Positions 27,653-38,284 of a DNA stretch of 64,000 bases are shown piece by piece (the first letter of the stretch is position 1; every line of letters starts with the position of its first letter). The notes under the pieces were generated by a model. The model was given only the letters and a program-made list of their open reading frames with translations, searched no databases and had not been told where the DNA came from. The position numbers and the translations under genes were made by a program. The DNA comes from Bdellovibrionota bacterium (GTDB taxonomy: Bacteria > Bdellovibrionota_C > UBA2361 > JAAYZI01), in NCBI GenBank assembly GCA_050950765.1, contig JBMNIF010000005.1:1-64000 (forward strand), written 5' to 3'.

Positions 27653-29719
27653 TTAAGCTAATGCTAAATTGTGCTTTTCCTTTAACTCTGCAATAACTTT
27701 ATTAAAAGAGGAATCAACCACATCGTGCTCTAATGTTTTTTCCCTACTTTGGAAAACCATTCTAAAGGTCACCCGTCTAAAATCTTCACCCTCTTTACAA
27801 AATTCATCAACGATTTCAAGTGAATTTAGATCTTCGACAACCATACCTTGAATCAGATTAACTACTTTACCTGCCCACATCGTACGGGGAACTCTAACTG
27901 TCAGGTCTTTTTTAATTGAAGGAAAATCACTCGGCTTCTTATATTCTATCTGCTTCATGAGACGAACCAGAACATCAACATCAAATTCCGCATAAAGCAT
28001 ATCACGCGAGATCCCTAACTTATTCAAAAGATCTGGATGGATGGCACCATAAAATCCGCACATCGTTCGCCCCATATACAAAGCTGCGCGGCGACCTGGA
28101 TGTAACAAAGGATTAGAACACTCCTTAACTGAAAATTTCCCACCTAATGCAGCCGCTATCTCAGCGATCACACCACCAAAGAGTTTAATCATCTCCTGAA
28201 TGGTTTCAGGCTTTCTCCAATCTCTGACAAACCAACGTCCTGAAACAGCCAAAGAAAGGACATCTCGCTCATGCTCATAACTTGCGCCCTTCGGATTTTT
28301 TTCTAAGTTAAAAACCCTCCCCATCTCAAAAACTTTGCAGGAACTTAACCCTTGTCTGTGATTACGCTCTAATAAGTTCGCTAAATTAATCACATTTGAA
28401 ACTTTCAGATGCGAATACGCTTTATCACAAGCATTTTTTAACAAAATATGGTCTGCCGCCAGCTTAGGATCAAAAGCTTCGATCAGAGCCGCTTCATCTC
28501 CAGAATAATATGCCTTAGTAATAACTTCATTAAAACCAGAGCCTAATAAAACAGGCTCAATCGCACTCAAGAATTCATCATGTACATTCTTCTCAACATA
28601 ATCACACGTTGCAGTCGGAAGATCTAACTTCACACGATTTAAGCCATACGCTCTAACAAAATCTTCCACCACAGCAGATTCGTAAGCCACATTCCAACGA
28701 CGCCACGACGGAACAGTTACCGTATATTCTTTATCTTGAGAGATGGTTTCTACACTATAACCGAGACACTTTAAGCGTGTCACGATTTCAGCAGCGTTGA
28801 GTCGGGGTAAGTTTACCGCCTTTCTAACATCTGCGATTTTTAACTTTAGCTTTTTCGGTTCTTTCTCTTTATCAGCGATATAATTAAAACCTAAGGTCTG
28901 TGCAGACTCGTTGGCGCTGGTTCCGGAAGTGAGATAAACCAAACGTTTCAAAGCTGTTAAAACAGTTTCAGGATCTGCTCCTCTCTCATATAAGAAGGAG
29001 GCATCGGTAGAGAGTCCCATCCCGCGAGCTGTCATCCTAACGGCGACAGGATCAAACGTTGCAGACTCAATTAAGACCCTAGTTGTTGATTTTGAAGACA
29101 TACTGTTAGCACAACCAATTACACCGGCCACCGCAATCGTCTTTTTTCGATCTCTGATTAAAATTGAACCAGCTGGAACGGTATACGTCTTACCATCTAA
29201 AGCTTCGATCTCTTCAGGTGCATCACTCAAAACAACGGAGACCTCCCCTTCAATCTTATCCTTATCAAAGGCATGCATCGGCTGCCCTATCTCAAGTTGA
29301 ATATAGTTCAAAAGATCGACGATTGCGGGTCTATCATCCGTGCGTTCTCCCATAATGCGAGCCACATCATCACGTACCTTCATATTTTGCGGAAGGTGCA
29401 TCTCCATCAAAGCATAACGCAAACACTTGTCAGTTAGTTTTTTAACGAGAAAAGAAGGCTTACTGTCGTTCAGTTGCTGACAAACTAACGGTTGTTTAAT
29501 TGCTGAAAGGTACCGTCCTGAAAACTCTCGTGCCATCCCGATAGCAGAGAGGTGGTCTCCCCTATGTGCTAATGTTTCGATGTTAAACTCTAAAGTAGAC
29601 CCCTCACCTGTAACCCCTTTTACTTCCAAACCGAGATCATCAAAGATCTGTCGCAACTCCTGTGCATCATGGGTCGGTAACTCGATCAATCTTTCAAGTA
29701 AACTAATTTTTATGTTCAT
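27653..29719 (-). CDS. pheT: Phenylalanine--tRNA ligase beta subunit (short form)
   Basis: HRGDHLS..GMARE, GQPMHAFD, ESATFDP, ERG.D and LHPGR motifs; follows pheS. Confidence 0.92.
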   Translation of the reverse strand: MNIKISLLERLIELPTHDAQELRQIFDDLGLEVKGVTGEGSTLEFNIETLAHRGDHLSAIGMAREFSGRYLSAIKQPLVCQQLNDSKPSFLVKKLTDKCLRYALMEMHLPQNMKVRDDVARIMGERTDDRPAIVDLLNYIQLEIGQPMHAFDKDKIEGEVSVVLSDAPEEIEALDGKTYTVPAGSILIRDRKKTIAVAGVIGCANSMSSKSTTRVLIESATFDPVAVRMTARGMGLSTDASFLYERGADPETVLTALKRLVYLTSGTSANESAQTLGFNYIADKEKEPKKLKLKIADVRKAVNLPRLNAAEIVTRLKCLGYSVETISQDKEYTVTVPSWRRWNVAYESAVVEDFVRAYGLNRVKLDLPTATCDYVEKNVHDEFLSAIEPVLLGSGFNEVITKAYYSGDEAALIEAFDPKLAADHILLKNACDKAYSHLKVSNVINLANLLERNHRQGLSSCKVFEMGRVFNLEKNPKGASYEHERDVLSLAVSGRWFVRDWRKPETIQEMIKLFGGVIAEIAAALGGKFSVKECSNPLLHPGRRAALYMGRTMCGFYGAIHPDLLNKLGISRDMLYAEFDVDVLVRLMKQIEYKKPSDFPSIKKDLTVRVPRTMWAGKVVNLIQGMVVEDLNSLEIVDEFCKEGEDFRRVTFRMVFQSREKTLEHDVVDSSFNKVIAELKEKHNLALA

Positions 29720-30747
29720 ACTTCCTCCGAAAACGCCCTGAGATCGTTGCTATACAAAATCTTCAAAGTTGGGATATTACACAACTGAGCTGCTAACCTA
29801 GCAGACCCCAAACCGAATGCGATTCCGGAAACAGCATCAGGATCATAACCAAACTCTTCAAAAACTACCTTATGTACCATACCAGCGCCGAGAATCGTTA
29901 CCCAGCCGCAGCCACCACAAGCAGGGCAGCCTGATCCTTTACAGATCCCACAGTCGATCTGCGCCCCGATACTAGGCTCTGTATACGGATAATATTTAGG
30001 CACGAATCTTACTTTACGGCGTTTTCCATACAACCCTTTCAAGACAAACGACAGGATTCCCATCAGATGCGCCAAAGTTAACCCCTTTTCAATCCAGATC
30101 AGTTCATATTGATGGAACATAGATTGATGAGAGGCATCTTCCGTTTCATTTCTATAAACGCGTCCAGGAGAAACAACCCTTACCGGCAACTCTTTTTTAG
30201 AAAGTTCACGTGCTTGCACTGATGTTGTATGCGTTCTTAAGACATGTTCTGTATTTGTGAAAAATGTATCCTGCATATCACGCGCTGGATGGTGCTTCGG
30301 AATGTTTAACGCATCAAAACAATAGTATTCAGTTTCTACTTCAGGTCCTTCAACAACTTTCACACCGAAAGGGCTAAGTAATTCATGAATACGCCTTTCG
30401 ACAAGTCTGACAGGGCTAATATGACCGAGTCCAGTAGTCATAACAGGCAAAGACATATCAGTAGATTCAGAAACAAGCCTTTCAGCTAGCTTAGCTTTGT
30501 TAAAATCTTCTGCCTTAGCACTAAAGAACTCTTCCAACTGCGCTTTAATTTCATTAAGTTTAGCTGCAACAACAGGACGCTCCTCAGGAGTTAAGTCCTT
30601 AAGAGACTTTAACATCGTCTTAATCGTTCCGTCTTTCCCCAGCCATTCTTTTTTTAGGCTTTCAAGATCTTCAAGAGAAGCTATTTTTGTTTTAGCTTCA
30701 GCTAAAGATCCTTCTATAGCCTCCCAGTTAATTTCATTTAAGTTCAT
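29716..30747 (-). CDS. pheS: Phenylalanine--tRNA ligase alpha subunit
   Basis: HHPARDMQDTF, LRTHT, PGRVYR, YPYTEPS and AFGLG motifs. Confidence 0.96.
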   Translation of the reverse strand: MNLNEINWEAIEGSLAEAKTKIASLEDLESLKKEWLGKDGTIKTMLKSLKDLTPEERPVVAAKLNEIKAQLEEFFSAKAEDFNKAKLAERLVSESTDMSLPVMTTGLGHISPVRLVERRIHELLSPFGVKVVEGPEVETEYYCFDALNIPKHHPARDMQDTFFTNTEHVLRTHTTSVQARELSKKELPVRVVSPGRVYRNETEDASHQSMFHQYELIWIEKGLTLAHLMGILSFVLKGLYGKRRKVRFVPKYYPYTEPSIGAQIDCGICKGSGCPACGGCGWVTILGAGMVHKVVFEEFGYDPDAVSGIAFGLGSARLAAQLCNIPTLKILYSNDLRAFSEEV

Positions 30748-31138
30748 ATTTTCTACCTAACAGCCCACACAATAAACCTTTCCCGAGCGAAGCTTCTTAC
30801 TCGTTACTCATCGCACCATCTAAATATAATTGAGCTATAAGATAATGAGCAAAGTGCTAACTGTCTCCGTTTAACCATTTAAGGATTTTAAGCAACACAA
30901 TTAGCAGGACTAAGCAGCTTTACAACAACTCACTACACGGCAAGGTTATACAAAAAACAAAATATTATTCCAAGTAGATACGCTCTTTCTCCAAAAATAT
31001 CATTAGATTTTTCGTTTTTCTTATATCTTTAGAATTACGGAAAAAACTTTCATAAAAATAAATAAGTTAAAGAATTGCAGTAACAATCTAACGTGATATA
31101 TCATCTCTCTTATTAAAAGAATATCTGAGAGAACAGCT

Positions 31139-31903
31139 ATGAATACGATTTTTAGATCTCTTATTTGTTTTATCTGTTTAACAGGATCGCTAGCGCTGAG
31201 CGGCAGTGCCGCACAAGCAGAGATTGACCCCGTCTTCTTTAAGAAAGCTATCGAAGAATACGCTCAAACTCCCGAAGGGCAAAAATTTCTAGCAACAACA
31301 GTACAACGTTATTTTGAGCGAAACAAATTTGGTCCTACCCTTGATGAGCAGTTCGCCCGACCATTACAAAGGCAAAATGAAGCAAACCGCCCTACGCAGG
31401 GGAATAGCGCAGCTCCTGTTTCAGTTTTAGTGTACTCTGATTTTGAGTGCCCTTTCTCTTTGAAGACGGCAAAGACCTTAGAGGAGCTTTTAGAAATATA
31501 CAAGAATGATGTTCGGGTGGTTTTTAAAAATGCTCCCCTACCACCTAGTTTTCATAGAAATGCCGTTTATGCAGCGACAGCATCTCTGGCCGCTTGGAAG
31601 CAGGGTAAGTTTTGGGAGATGCACGATGCTCTCTTTGAGAATCAAACAAAACTATCAGAGGAGTTGTATTTAGATATAGCTAAAAAACTTGATTTAGATC
31701 TTGAACGGTTTAAATCAGATATGCAGTCTGAAGCAGTGCAACGCATCATCGCAGAAGATATAAAACAAGCGGAAGATAACGGTATTACAGGCAGACCTGC
31801 TTTTATAATACAAACCGCGCGCGGGGGTATTTTACTAAAAGGCAACAAAACTCTTGAGCAGTTAAAGGAAGTTGTAGAACGGTGGCTGAAAGATATTAAC
31901 TAG
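31139..31903 (+). CDS. Secreted DsbA-like thioredoxin-fold protein (CXXS)
   Basis: YSDFECPFS and QGKFWEMHDALF motifs; signal peptide. Confidence 0.85.
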   Translation: MNTIFRSLICFICLTGSLALSGSAAQAEIDPVFFKKAIEEYAQTPEGQKFLATTVQRYFERNKFGPTLDEQFARPLQRQNEANRPTQGNSAAPVSVLVYSDFECPFSLKTAKTLEELLEIYKNDVRVVFKNAPLPPSFHRNAVYAATASLAAWKQGKFWEMHDALFENQTKLSEELYLDIAKKLDLDLERFKSDMQSEAVQRIIAEDIKQAEDNGITGRPAFIIQTARGGILLKGNKTLEQLKEVVERWLKDIN

Positions 31904-31909
31904 TATATT

Positions 31910-32635
31910 TTGAGAGATACGCCTCTTCAAGTAGCGAGGTTTTTTGTCCATAATGTGTCCATGATGAAAATTATTTTAGAAAAATTACAAAAGGAAGGGC
32001 TGACGGGTCTATTCCGTTATATTATGCATTGGATCTATGAAAAATACCATGAAAAACGTTTAGGGATTAGAACAGCTGGGTTTATGCATACCGATGATCT
32101 TAACATCACAGACAAAGATTGTAATCACTATGAGCCTTGTAGTTATGCCAGTATCTTTAATGTTCTAAAAAAACTCAAAATAGATCCGCAACGTGATGTT
32201 TTTATAGATTACGGCTCTGGTAAGGGACGTGCTGTAATCGCTGCTGCTACATTTCCGTTTAAGCGTGTAATTGGAGTGGAGATTGCGCCTCAATTAACAG
32301 CGGCTGCTGAAGAAAACTTCAAGATCGCACAAAGTAGGAATGTGTTAAAGTGCTTGCAAGGTGAATTTATCACTGCTGACGCTTTCGACTATCAACCACC
32401 TGATGACGTTACCGTTATCTTTTTAAACAATCCGTTTTCTGAAAAATTAATGCAGGATACAGTTGATAAAGTGCTCCAATCTGTGGAACGGGTTCCTCGT
32501 GAAGTGTATTTCATTTTACGCTACCCAAATTGGTCAAAAGATTTTTTTAAAGATGATAATCGCTTCACATTGATTTATCACTTTGCTGGTTATTCGGATG
32601 CAGGAGAGATTAGCAAAGTTTATAAAAAGAATTAG
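31910..32635 (+). CDS. Class I SAM-dependent methyltransferase (start possibly about 31961)
   Basis: FIDYGSGKGR, IGVEI and FLNNPF motifs. Confidence 0.85.
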   Translation: MRDTPLQVARFFVHNVSMMKIILEKLQKEGLTGLFRYIMHWIYEKYHEKRLGIRTAGFMHTDDLNITDKDCNHYEPCSYASIFNVLKKLKIDPQRDVFIDYGSGKGRAVIAAATFPFKRVIGVEIAPQLTAAAEENFKIAQSRNVLKCLQGEFITADAFDYQPPDDVTVIFLNNPFSEKLMQDTVDKVLQSVERVPREVYFILRYPNWSKDFFKDDNRFTLIYHFAGYSDAGEISKVYKKN

Positions 32636-32701
32636 CAAAACACCTCGTCTTATATCTTATAATGTTGGACATTTTTTATCGACTCGGATATCGTTCGATG
32701 T

Positions 32702-32998
32702 ATGAAGAGAATTATATTTAACTTGATCTCTATTTTGTTTATCGCATCCCTTTCGGGTTGTGCTTACAGTAAAGTAACTTTGCCCCTTGATACTGATGTA
32801 AATGAAACCGATCTCGGGGATAAAGAAGGTCGCGCCAGTGTTTATAGTTTACTCTGGTTAGTAGCATGGGGAGATGCAGGTGTTAATGCAGCTGCGAAGA
32901 ACGGCAATATAACTACTGTTAAGCACCTTGATGTTGAACAGCACGCTGTATTTTTCGGAATATATACAAAAGTTACAACCATAGCTTATGGGGAGTAA
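32702..32998 (+). CDS. TRL-like small lipoprotein
   Basis: Lipobox LSGC; VAWGDAG..AAAKNGNI...T.AYGE pattern. Confidence 0.7.
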   Translation: MKRIIFNLISILFIASLSGCAYSKVTLPLDTDVNETDLGDKEGRASVYSLLWLVAWGDAGVNAAAKNGNITTVKHLDVEQHAVFFGIYTKVTTIAYGE

Positions 32999-33338
32999 AG
33001 CCAGATCTGTTAAATGCCATCACAAAATTTTACTAGCACTCCTTTTGTTGTTATTTCAATCAGGTTGTGTAAACGGTTTAATCTACACGGACATCACAAC
33101 ACCACTCACCACAAACATGCACAACACCTCAGTAATAGACCAAACAGCAAGCGATTACCGCCTTGTCTTAAAAGAGCCTTTCACTAACGTTGGAATACGT
33201 GGTGAGTGGTCAAACTACGCCATCGCAAAGACAGCAAAAAAACACGGTATGAAAAATATCCATTATGCTGACCTTCGAGAAGAGAGCATTTTAACAGGGC
33301 TTTGGAAGAAAACGACGATTATCGTTTACGGTCGCTGA
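32988..33338 (+). CDS. TRL-like small lipoprotein (paralogue)
   Basis: QSGC lipobox, GLIYTDITTPL, AKKHGM..I.YAD and TTIIVYG. Confidence 0.65.
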   Translation: MGSKARSVKCHHKILLALLLLLFQSGCVNGLIYTDITTPLTTNMHNTSVIDQTASDYRLVLKEPFTNVGIRGEWSNYAIAKTAKKHGMKNIHYADLREESILTGLWKKTTIIVYGR

Positions 33339-33347
33339 CGGTGGTTT

Positions 33348-34662
33348 TTACTGGTGCCACCCTCTTTTTACCTCCGTTAAGATCTAGCTAACTCGTTTTG
33401 CAGTATCAGCCCGTTCAGTTGTCTTTGGTCGGTGGCACCAGATTTTTAACCACCGTCTAGATCTAGCTAACTCGTTTTGTAGTATCAGCCCGTTCAATCG
33501 TCCCTGAAGAGTGGCACCAAATTCACCTAACCTTAAGCTTTTACTAACACCTTGATATTATTAGATATTGTGATTTTTGAGTTTAAAGACTTTGCACCCT
33601 CTTACTGCCAAATTTCAAATTTTTACCCGCTCTTACTGGTGGGTGGCACCAAATTTCAAATTCGTTCTGCAGTTGCAGCCCGCTCAACCGTCTTTGAAGG
33701 GTGGCACCAAATTTTTGACCTTCGTCGAGATCTAGCTGATTCGTTTTTTTGTTGCAGCCCGTTCTGCTGTCCCTGAAGGGTGGCACCAAATTTTTGACCT
33801 TCGTCAAAATCTAGCTACTTCGTTTTTCAGTATCAGCCCGTTCTGCTGTCCCTGAAGGGTGGCACCAAATTCGCCAAACCTTAAGCTTTTACTAACATCT
33901 TGATATTATTACTAGCACTAAAGGGTGGCACCAAATTTTTGACCTTCGTCAAAATCTAGCTAACTCGTTTTGTAGTATCAGCCCGTCCGATCGTCCTTGA
34001 AGGGTGGCACCAAATTTTTAACCTCCGTCGAGATCTAGCTGATTCGTTTTTCAGTTGCAGCCCGTTCTGCTGTCCCTGAAGGGTGGCACCAAATTCGCCA
34101 AATTCTAAACTTTGCTAACATCTTGATATTATTACTAGCACTAAAGGGTGGCACCAAATTTTTGACCTTCGTCAAAATCTAGCTGATCCGTTTTTCTGTT
34201 GCAGCCCGTTCAATCGTCCCTAAAGGGTGGCACCAAATTTTTGACCGATCCCCGTGCTACTGGTGGGTGGCACCAAAACTGCCGAATTCTGAACTTTTGC
34301 TAACATACTAATATTACTAGCTATTATAATTTTAGAGTCTTTTAGCACTAGTGGGTGGCACCAAATTTTTAACCTTCGTCAAAATCTAGCTAACTCGTTT
34401 TGTAGTATCAGCCCGTTCGATCGTCCCTGAAGGGTGGCACTAGTGATAAGCCGCCAAGATCTGCCAGATCCCGTCCTTACTGAAGGGTGGCACTAGATCC
34501 AGGCTCCCAAGCCGTCAAAGCGGCAAAAAAGAAGGGTGGCACCAAAACTGTCAGATTTTAATTTTTCTAACTTTTACTAACATCTTGATATTATTAACTA
34601 TCATAATTTTAACGTTTTTAGCATTGGCTTTTAGCACTGGTGGGTGGCACTAAATTTTTAAC
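33348..34662. repeat. Modular REP/BIME-like array 4 (about 18 cores, first one inverted)
   Basis: Cores at 33778/33857/33923 recur at 34002/34081/34146, giving a 223-224-bp higher-order unit. Confidence 0.92.
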
Positions 34663-34719
34663 TTATCTAAAAAAAAGAAATTGTCGATATAGAAGGGGGA
34701 ACGGGGGAGCTATATTCTT

Positions 34720-36774
34720 ATGCTGACGATTAGAGAATATTTCATGAAAATAAAAACTCGCAGGGCTTTTCTTATATTCCTGCTAATTGCCTGTTGTTAT
34801 TACAGTTATACTGTAATACACGCTAGCAAAACAAACTCTTATCAACCTCAAAGCTTTTTATCAAATGCGACGACGGGCTTTTTCTTGGATTCTCTTTTTA
34901 CTCTAAGGAAAACACTTGCTTCAAAGAGGGTGGTGCCAGCGTCTGAGGTAGTTATGGTCGGGATTGATGAGAACTTTTTTAAGACTCTCGGTATTCGTAG
35001 CAAGCTTGATTTAATCCCGAGGCGCCACTTCGCTGAACTTATAGAAAAAATTAATAAAGCATCGCCAAAAGCTATCGGTATCGATTTTTTTATTTCAGGA
35101 AAAAGCACACCGGCAGAGGACTACCGCTTAGCTTCTGCTTTAGAAAAATCTCCCTCAATTCTACCATGTGAATACACCATCATCACCGATGGGGGTGATA
35201 TTATAACTCTTGATTCCGATCCTATGTTTAAATCAAAAGCTAAGGGGTGCGGAACCATCTCCTTTAGAACAGATATCTCTGGGAAGAGAACGATTCGTTC
35301 CTTTCTAAGGATGGCTACTTTCCCCAACAAGGAAGAAAAAACAATTCAAGAACTCCCCACTTTTGCAGAAGCACTAGTGAATCTTGCCCATGATAAAAAT
35401 ATAAAATTACCCAATTCAAGTCTTATTAATTATTACGATGAAAATCAAAGTATCTCCTTAGTTTTAGCAAACGATCTTTTGAATAAAGAATTTGAACAAG
35501 ATCTATTTGCACGGTTACATAATAAAATCGTCCTAATCGGAGAGTATATGCCAGTTACCGGAAAAGATCTGCACAACACTCCCCTTTTAGGCGAAAAACC
35601 AGGTATTGAAATCCATGCCATCCTAGTAAGCAATATCTTACAAAATGAGTGGTTAAGAACTTTTCCTAAATTAGACCACGTTCTCACACCCGTTCTATTT
35701 TTATGTGCTTTCTTTGTTTTATTATTAAAGCCACGCGTTGCTGCAATTTTAACTTCGGGGATTACGTTAACTTGGTTAAGCGCTTGTTACATATTCTTCA
35801 TTAATAATTACGTGCTCTTTGGGATGGGACCAATAATTGCACTGTGTATAAGCGGAATTATAAATAACGTTTTTGCTTATTATAAGGTGAGACAACAATA
35901 TAATCAGGTAAGGCAGAAGCGGGATCTGATCTTAAAAGCTTTTTCTAGTTATACAGGGCAAGAAGTTGCGAACCAATTAGCAAAAGATCCTGAAAAAATA
36001 GAGTTGGACGGGAAACAAGTTGAAATTGTCTCTCTCTCAACAGATTTAGCAGGTTTTACAAAGATTGCCGATCAGATGCAGCCTAAAGAGGTCTTTAGTA
36101 TCCTAAATAAATATTACAAAGTTCTTTCGTCTATCGCCTTTGATAATAGAGGTACTGTTATGGGATATGGCGGTGACGCTATGTATGTTATTTGGGGAGC
36201 ACCGGTAGAGATAGAAGAGCCTGTAGATCGCGCCATAAAAGCTGCGTTAGCTATTCAGGAAGGGCTAAAAAAACTGCAAGAATCAGATCCATCACTTCCG
36301 GCATTGCTAACCAGAATTGGAATAGATGCTGGAAAAGCTATTGTTGGAACTATGGGAGGTGAAGGGCTACTTACCTATACATCTATTGGTATGCCTATGA
36401 ATTTAACCGCTCGCTTGCAAAAACTTAATGAAGAGCTGGGAACGTGGATCCTTGTCAGCAAAGCCGGTATTGTTCAAATTAATGAACAATTTAATATCTT
36501 GCCGATGGGGCGTTTTGTTATTCGTGGGATTACCACTCCGACTGATGTTTTTGCCGTATTTCCAGATTATATAGATCGAGACATTGAATTAATTTGGTTA
36601 AAAGCTCTTACTGCGTTCACTTCAAGAAAATGGGAAGAGGCGGCAGATCTTTTCTCTACAATAACGGATCCTGCTCTAATAAAAGCAGCAAGATATTACG
36701 TTCAACATTGTAAAGAATTAAGAGAGTCCCCCCCCCCCACTTCTTGGAATGGCGAAATTACCAGTAAAGGATAA
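34720..36774 (+). CDS. CHASE2-domain adenylate/guanylate cyclase
   Basis: VGIDE..PRRHFA..IGIDF and PGIEIHA (CHASE2); 3 transmembrane segments; TDLAGFT, GDA, RIGID and NLTARLQ (class III cyclase). Confidence 0.9.
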   Translation: MLTIREYFMKIKTRRAFLIFLLIACCYYSYTVIHASKTNSYQPQSFLSNATTGFFLDSLFTLRKTLASKRVVPASEVVMVGIDENFFKTLGIRSKLDLIPRRHFAELIEKINKASPKAIGIDFFISGKSTPAEDYRLASALEKSPSILPCEYTIITDGGDIITLDSDPMFKSKAKGCGTISFRTDISGKRTIRSFLRMATFPNKEEKTIQELPTFAEALVNLAHDKNIKLPNSSLINYYDENQSISLVLANDLLNKEFEQDLFARLHNKIVLIGEYMPVTGKDLHNTPLLGEKPGIEIHAILVSNILQNEWLRTFPKLDHVLTPVLFLCAFFVLLLKPRVAAILTSGITLTWLSACYIFFINNYVLFGMGPIIALCISGIINNVFAYYKVRQQYNQVRQKRDLILKAFSSYTGQEVANQLAKDPEKIELDGKQVEIVSLSTDLAGFTKIADQMQPKEVFSILNKYYKVLSSIAFDNRGTVMGYGGDAMYVIWGAPVEIEEPVDRAIKAALAIQEGLKKLQESDPSLPALLTRIGIDAGKAIVGTMGGEGLLTYTSIGMPMNLTARLQKLNEELGTWILVSKAGIVQINEQFNILPMGRFVIRGITTPTDVFAVFPDYIDRDIELIWLKALTAFTSRKWEEAADLFSTITDPALIKAARYYVQHCKELRESPPPTSWNGEITSKG

Positions 36775-36794
36775 ATGGCATTAGGCACCCAAAG

Positions 36795-37145
36795 CTAAAG
36801 GGTGGCACCAAAATTTAACCCTCGTGAAAACCTAACCAACTTGCTTTTTAATATCAGCCCGCTCAAGCGTCCCTAGCGGGTGGTGGTAAATTCACCCCGT
36901 CCAGATCTAGCTACTTCGTCTTGCAGTTGTAGCCAGTTCAACTGTCCTTGGTGGGTGGCACCAAAACTGCCGAATCCTGAACTTTTGCTAATACTTTGAT
37001 ATTATTAACTATTGTAATTTTAGAGTTTGGATGTCCAATTAGGACACCCGCCTTTAGCTGAAGGGTGGCACCAGTTTTTTAACCCCCGTCAAAATCTAGC
37101 TACTTCGTCTTGCAGTTGCAGCCCCCTCAAGCGTCCTAAAGGGTA
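36795..37145. repeat. Modular REP/BIME-like array 5
   Basis: Cores at about 36800, 36953 and 37063 with A and C modules. Confidence 0.88.
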
Positions 37146-37152
37146 GCGGAGC

Positions 37153-38145
37153 TTATAAAGAGACCTGCTCTTCCTTTAAGGCTGCCTCGACACCTTCTCT
37201 ATTTAATGACCTTGCTTTCTTTAAAAGCTCCTTAGCTGAGGCTTTGTCTTCTTCAGCCACAGCAATTAACGCCATCTGAAAATACGGCTCCCAATCTTCA
37301 GGGTGTGAACTCAACATCCTCTCTGCGTAAGAACGCGCTTTCTCAAAATCGCTTACTTGCCTAGCATGTGCACACAACTTAACTAAAGCCGTAAGACATT
37401 CAGGATCTAATTTCACAGCTTCTTGATAAGAAATTATCGCACCAGCAACATCACCATCTTTCTCCGCCACCCGCGCGGCAGAGCAACGATATCCCGCATT
37501 TTGAGGATCTAAAAAACTTGCTCTGGTATAAAGTGTTAACGCTTCCTTATAATCACCAAGCTTTTCCGTAACTCGCGCTAATTTAGCAAAAGCCAATCCG
37601 TTTTTGGGGTTCGCTTTTACAGACTCTTTAAAAGCATCTTGCGCCTCTTCCAAACGTCCTTGCTCACTTAAACAATCTCCCAAACGCGCCTGTGCTGCTG
37701 CATTTTTAGGATCAAATTGAACAGCCTTACGCAGAACCTGTTCCGCTTCCTCTAGGTTTTGAGCTTTTGTATAAACAGTTCCTAATGCTAAATAATTTTG
37801 CAAGTCCTCTTTTAGACTTAAAGCTTTTTTAGAATCTTCAATAGCTCCGTCAATATCGCCGAGATCCAACTTAACTAAAGCTCTTTCCTGCCAAGCAGAG
37901 TCAAGCTTAGGCTTCAGATCAATCGCTGCTGACAACTCTTCTAGCGCTTCGGCATTTTTACCTTCCTTCCGTAAAACCAGACCGAGATAATATCTCGCCC
38001 TATAAAGATCGGGGGCAATTCTCAAAGCACGTTGAAATTCAGAACGTGCATACCCGATCTCCTCTTTATCCAAGTACGTTAGTCCTTGACTGACAAAGAT
38101 ACCAGCGAACCAATGTTTAAATATTCTTGTTATAAAATTAGACAT
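37153..38145 (-). CDS. Tetratricopeptide repeat protein
   Basis: Multiple 34-aa TPR-like units (A...LG......G...EA...F..A...P). Confidence 0.88.
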   Translation of the reverse strand: MSNFITRIFKHWFAGIFVSQGLTYLDKEEIGYARSEFQRALRIAPDLYRARYYLGLVLRKEGKNAEALEELSAAIDLKPKLDSAWQERALVKLDLGDIDGAIEDSKKALSLKEDLQNYLALGTVYTKAQNLEEAEQVLRKAVQFDPKNAAAQARLGDCLSEQGRLEEAQDAFKESVKANPKNGLAFAKLARVTEKLGDYKEALTLYTRASFLDPQNAGYRCSAARVAEKDGDVAGAIISYQEAVKLDPECLTALVKLCAHARQVSDFEKARSYAERMLSSHPEDWEPYFQMALIAVAEEDKASAKELLKKARSLNREGVEAALKEEQVSL

Positions 38146-38284
38146 CTTCCCTCTCTTTTCAACGCCGTATTAACTAACATAAAGGGATAAAACATGGAAC
38201 CATCCTTTCTTTCTTTCTCTAGACACACTAAGAATCATTTAGTATTACTATCAGTTGGTTACGCATTATTTTAAGTGAGCTTTC

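Noticed and set aside
33348..34662. CRISPR interpretation of the repeat arrays
   Set aside because: The constant part is only about 11-15 bp, the intervening sequences are reused modules rather than unique spacers, spacing is irregular, and no cas genes are in the window.
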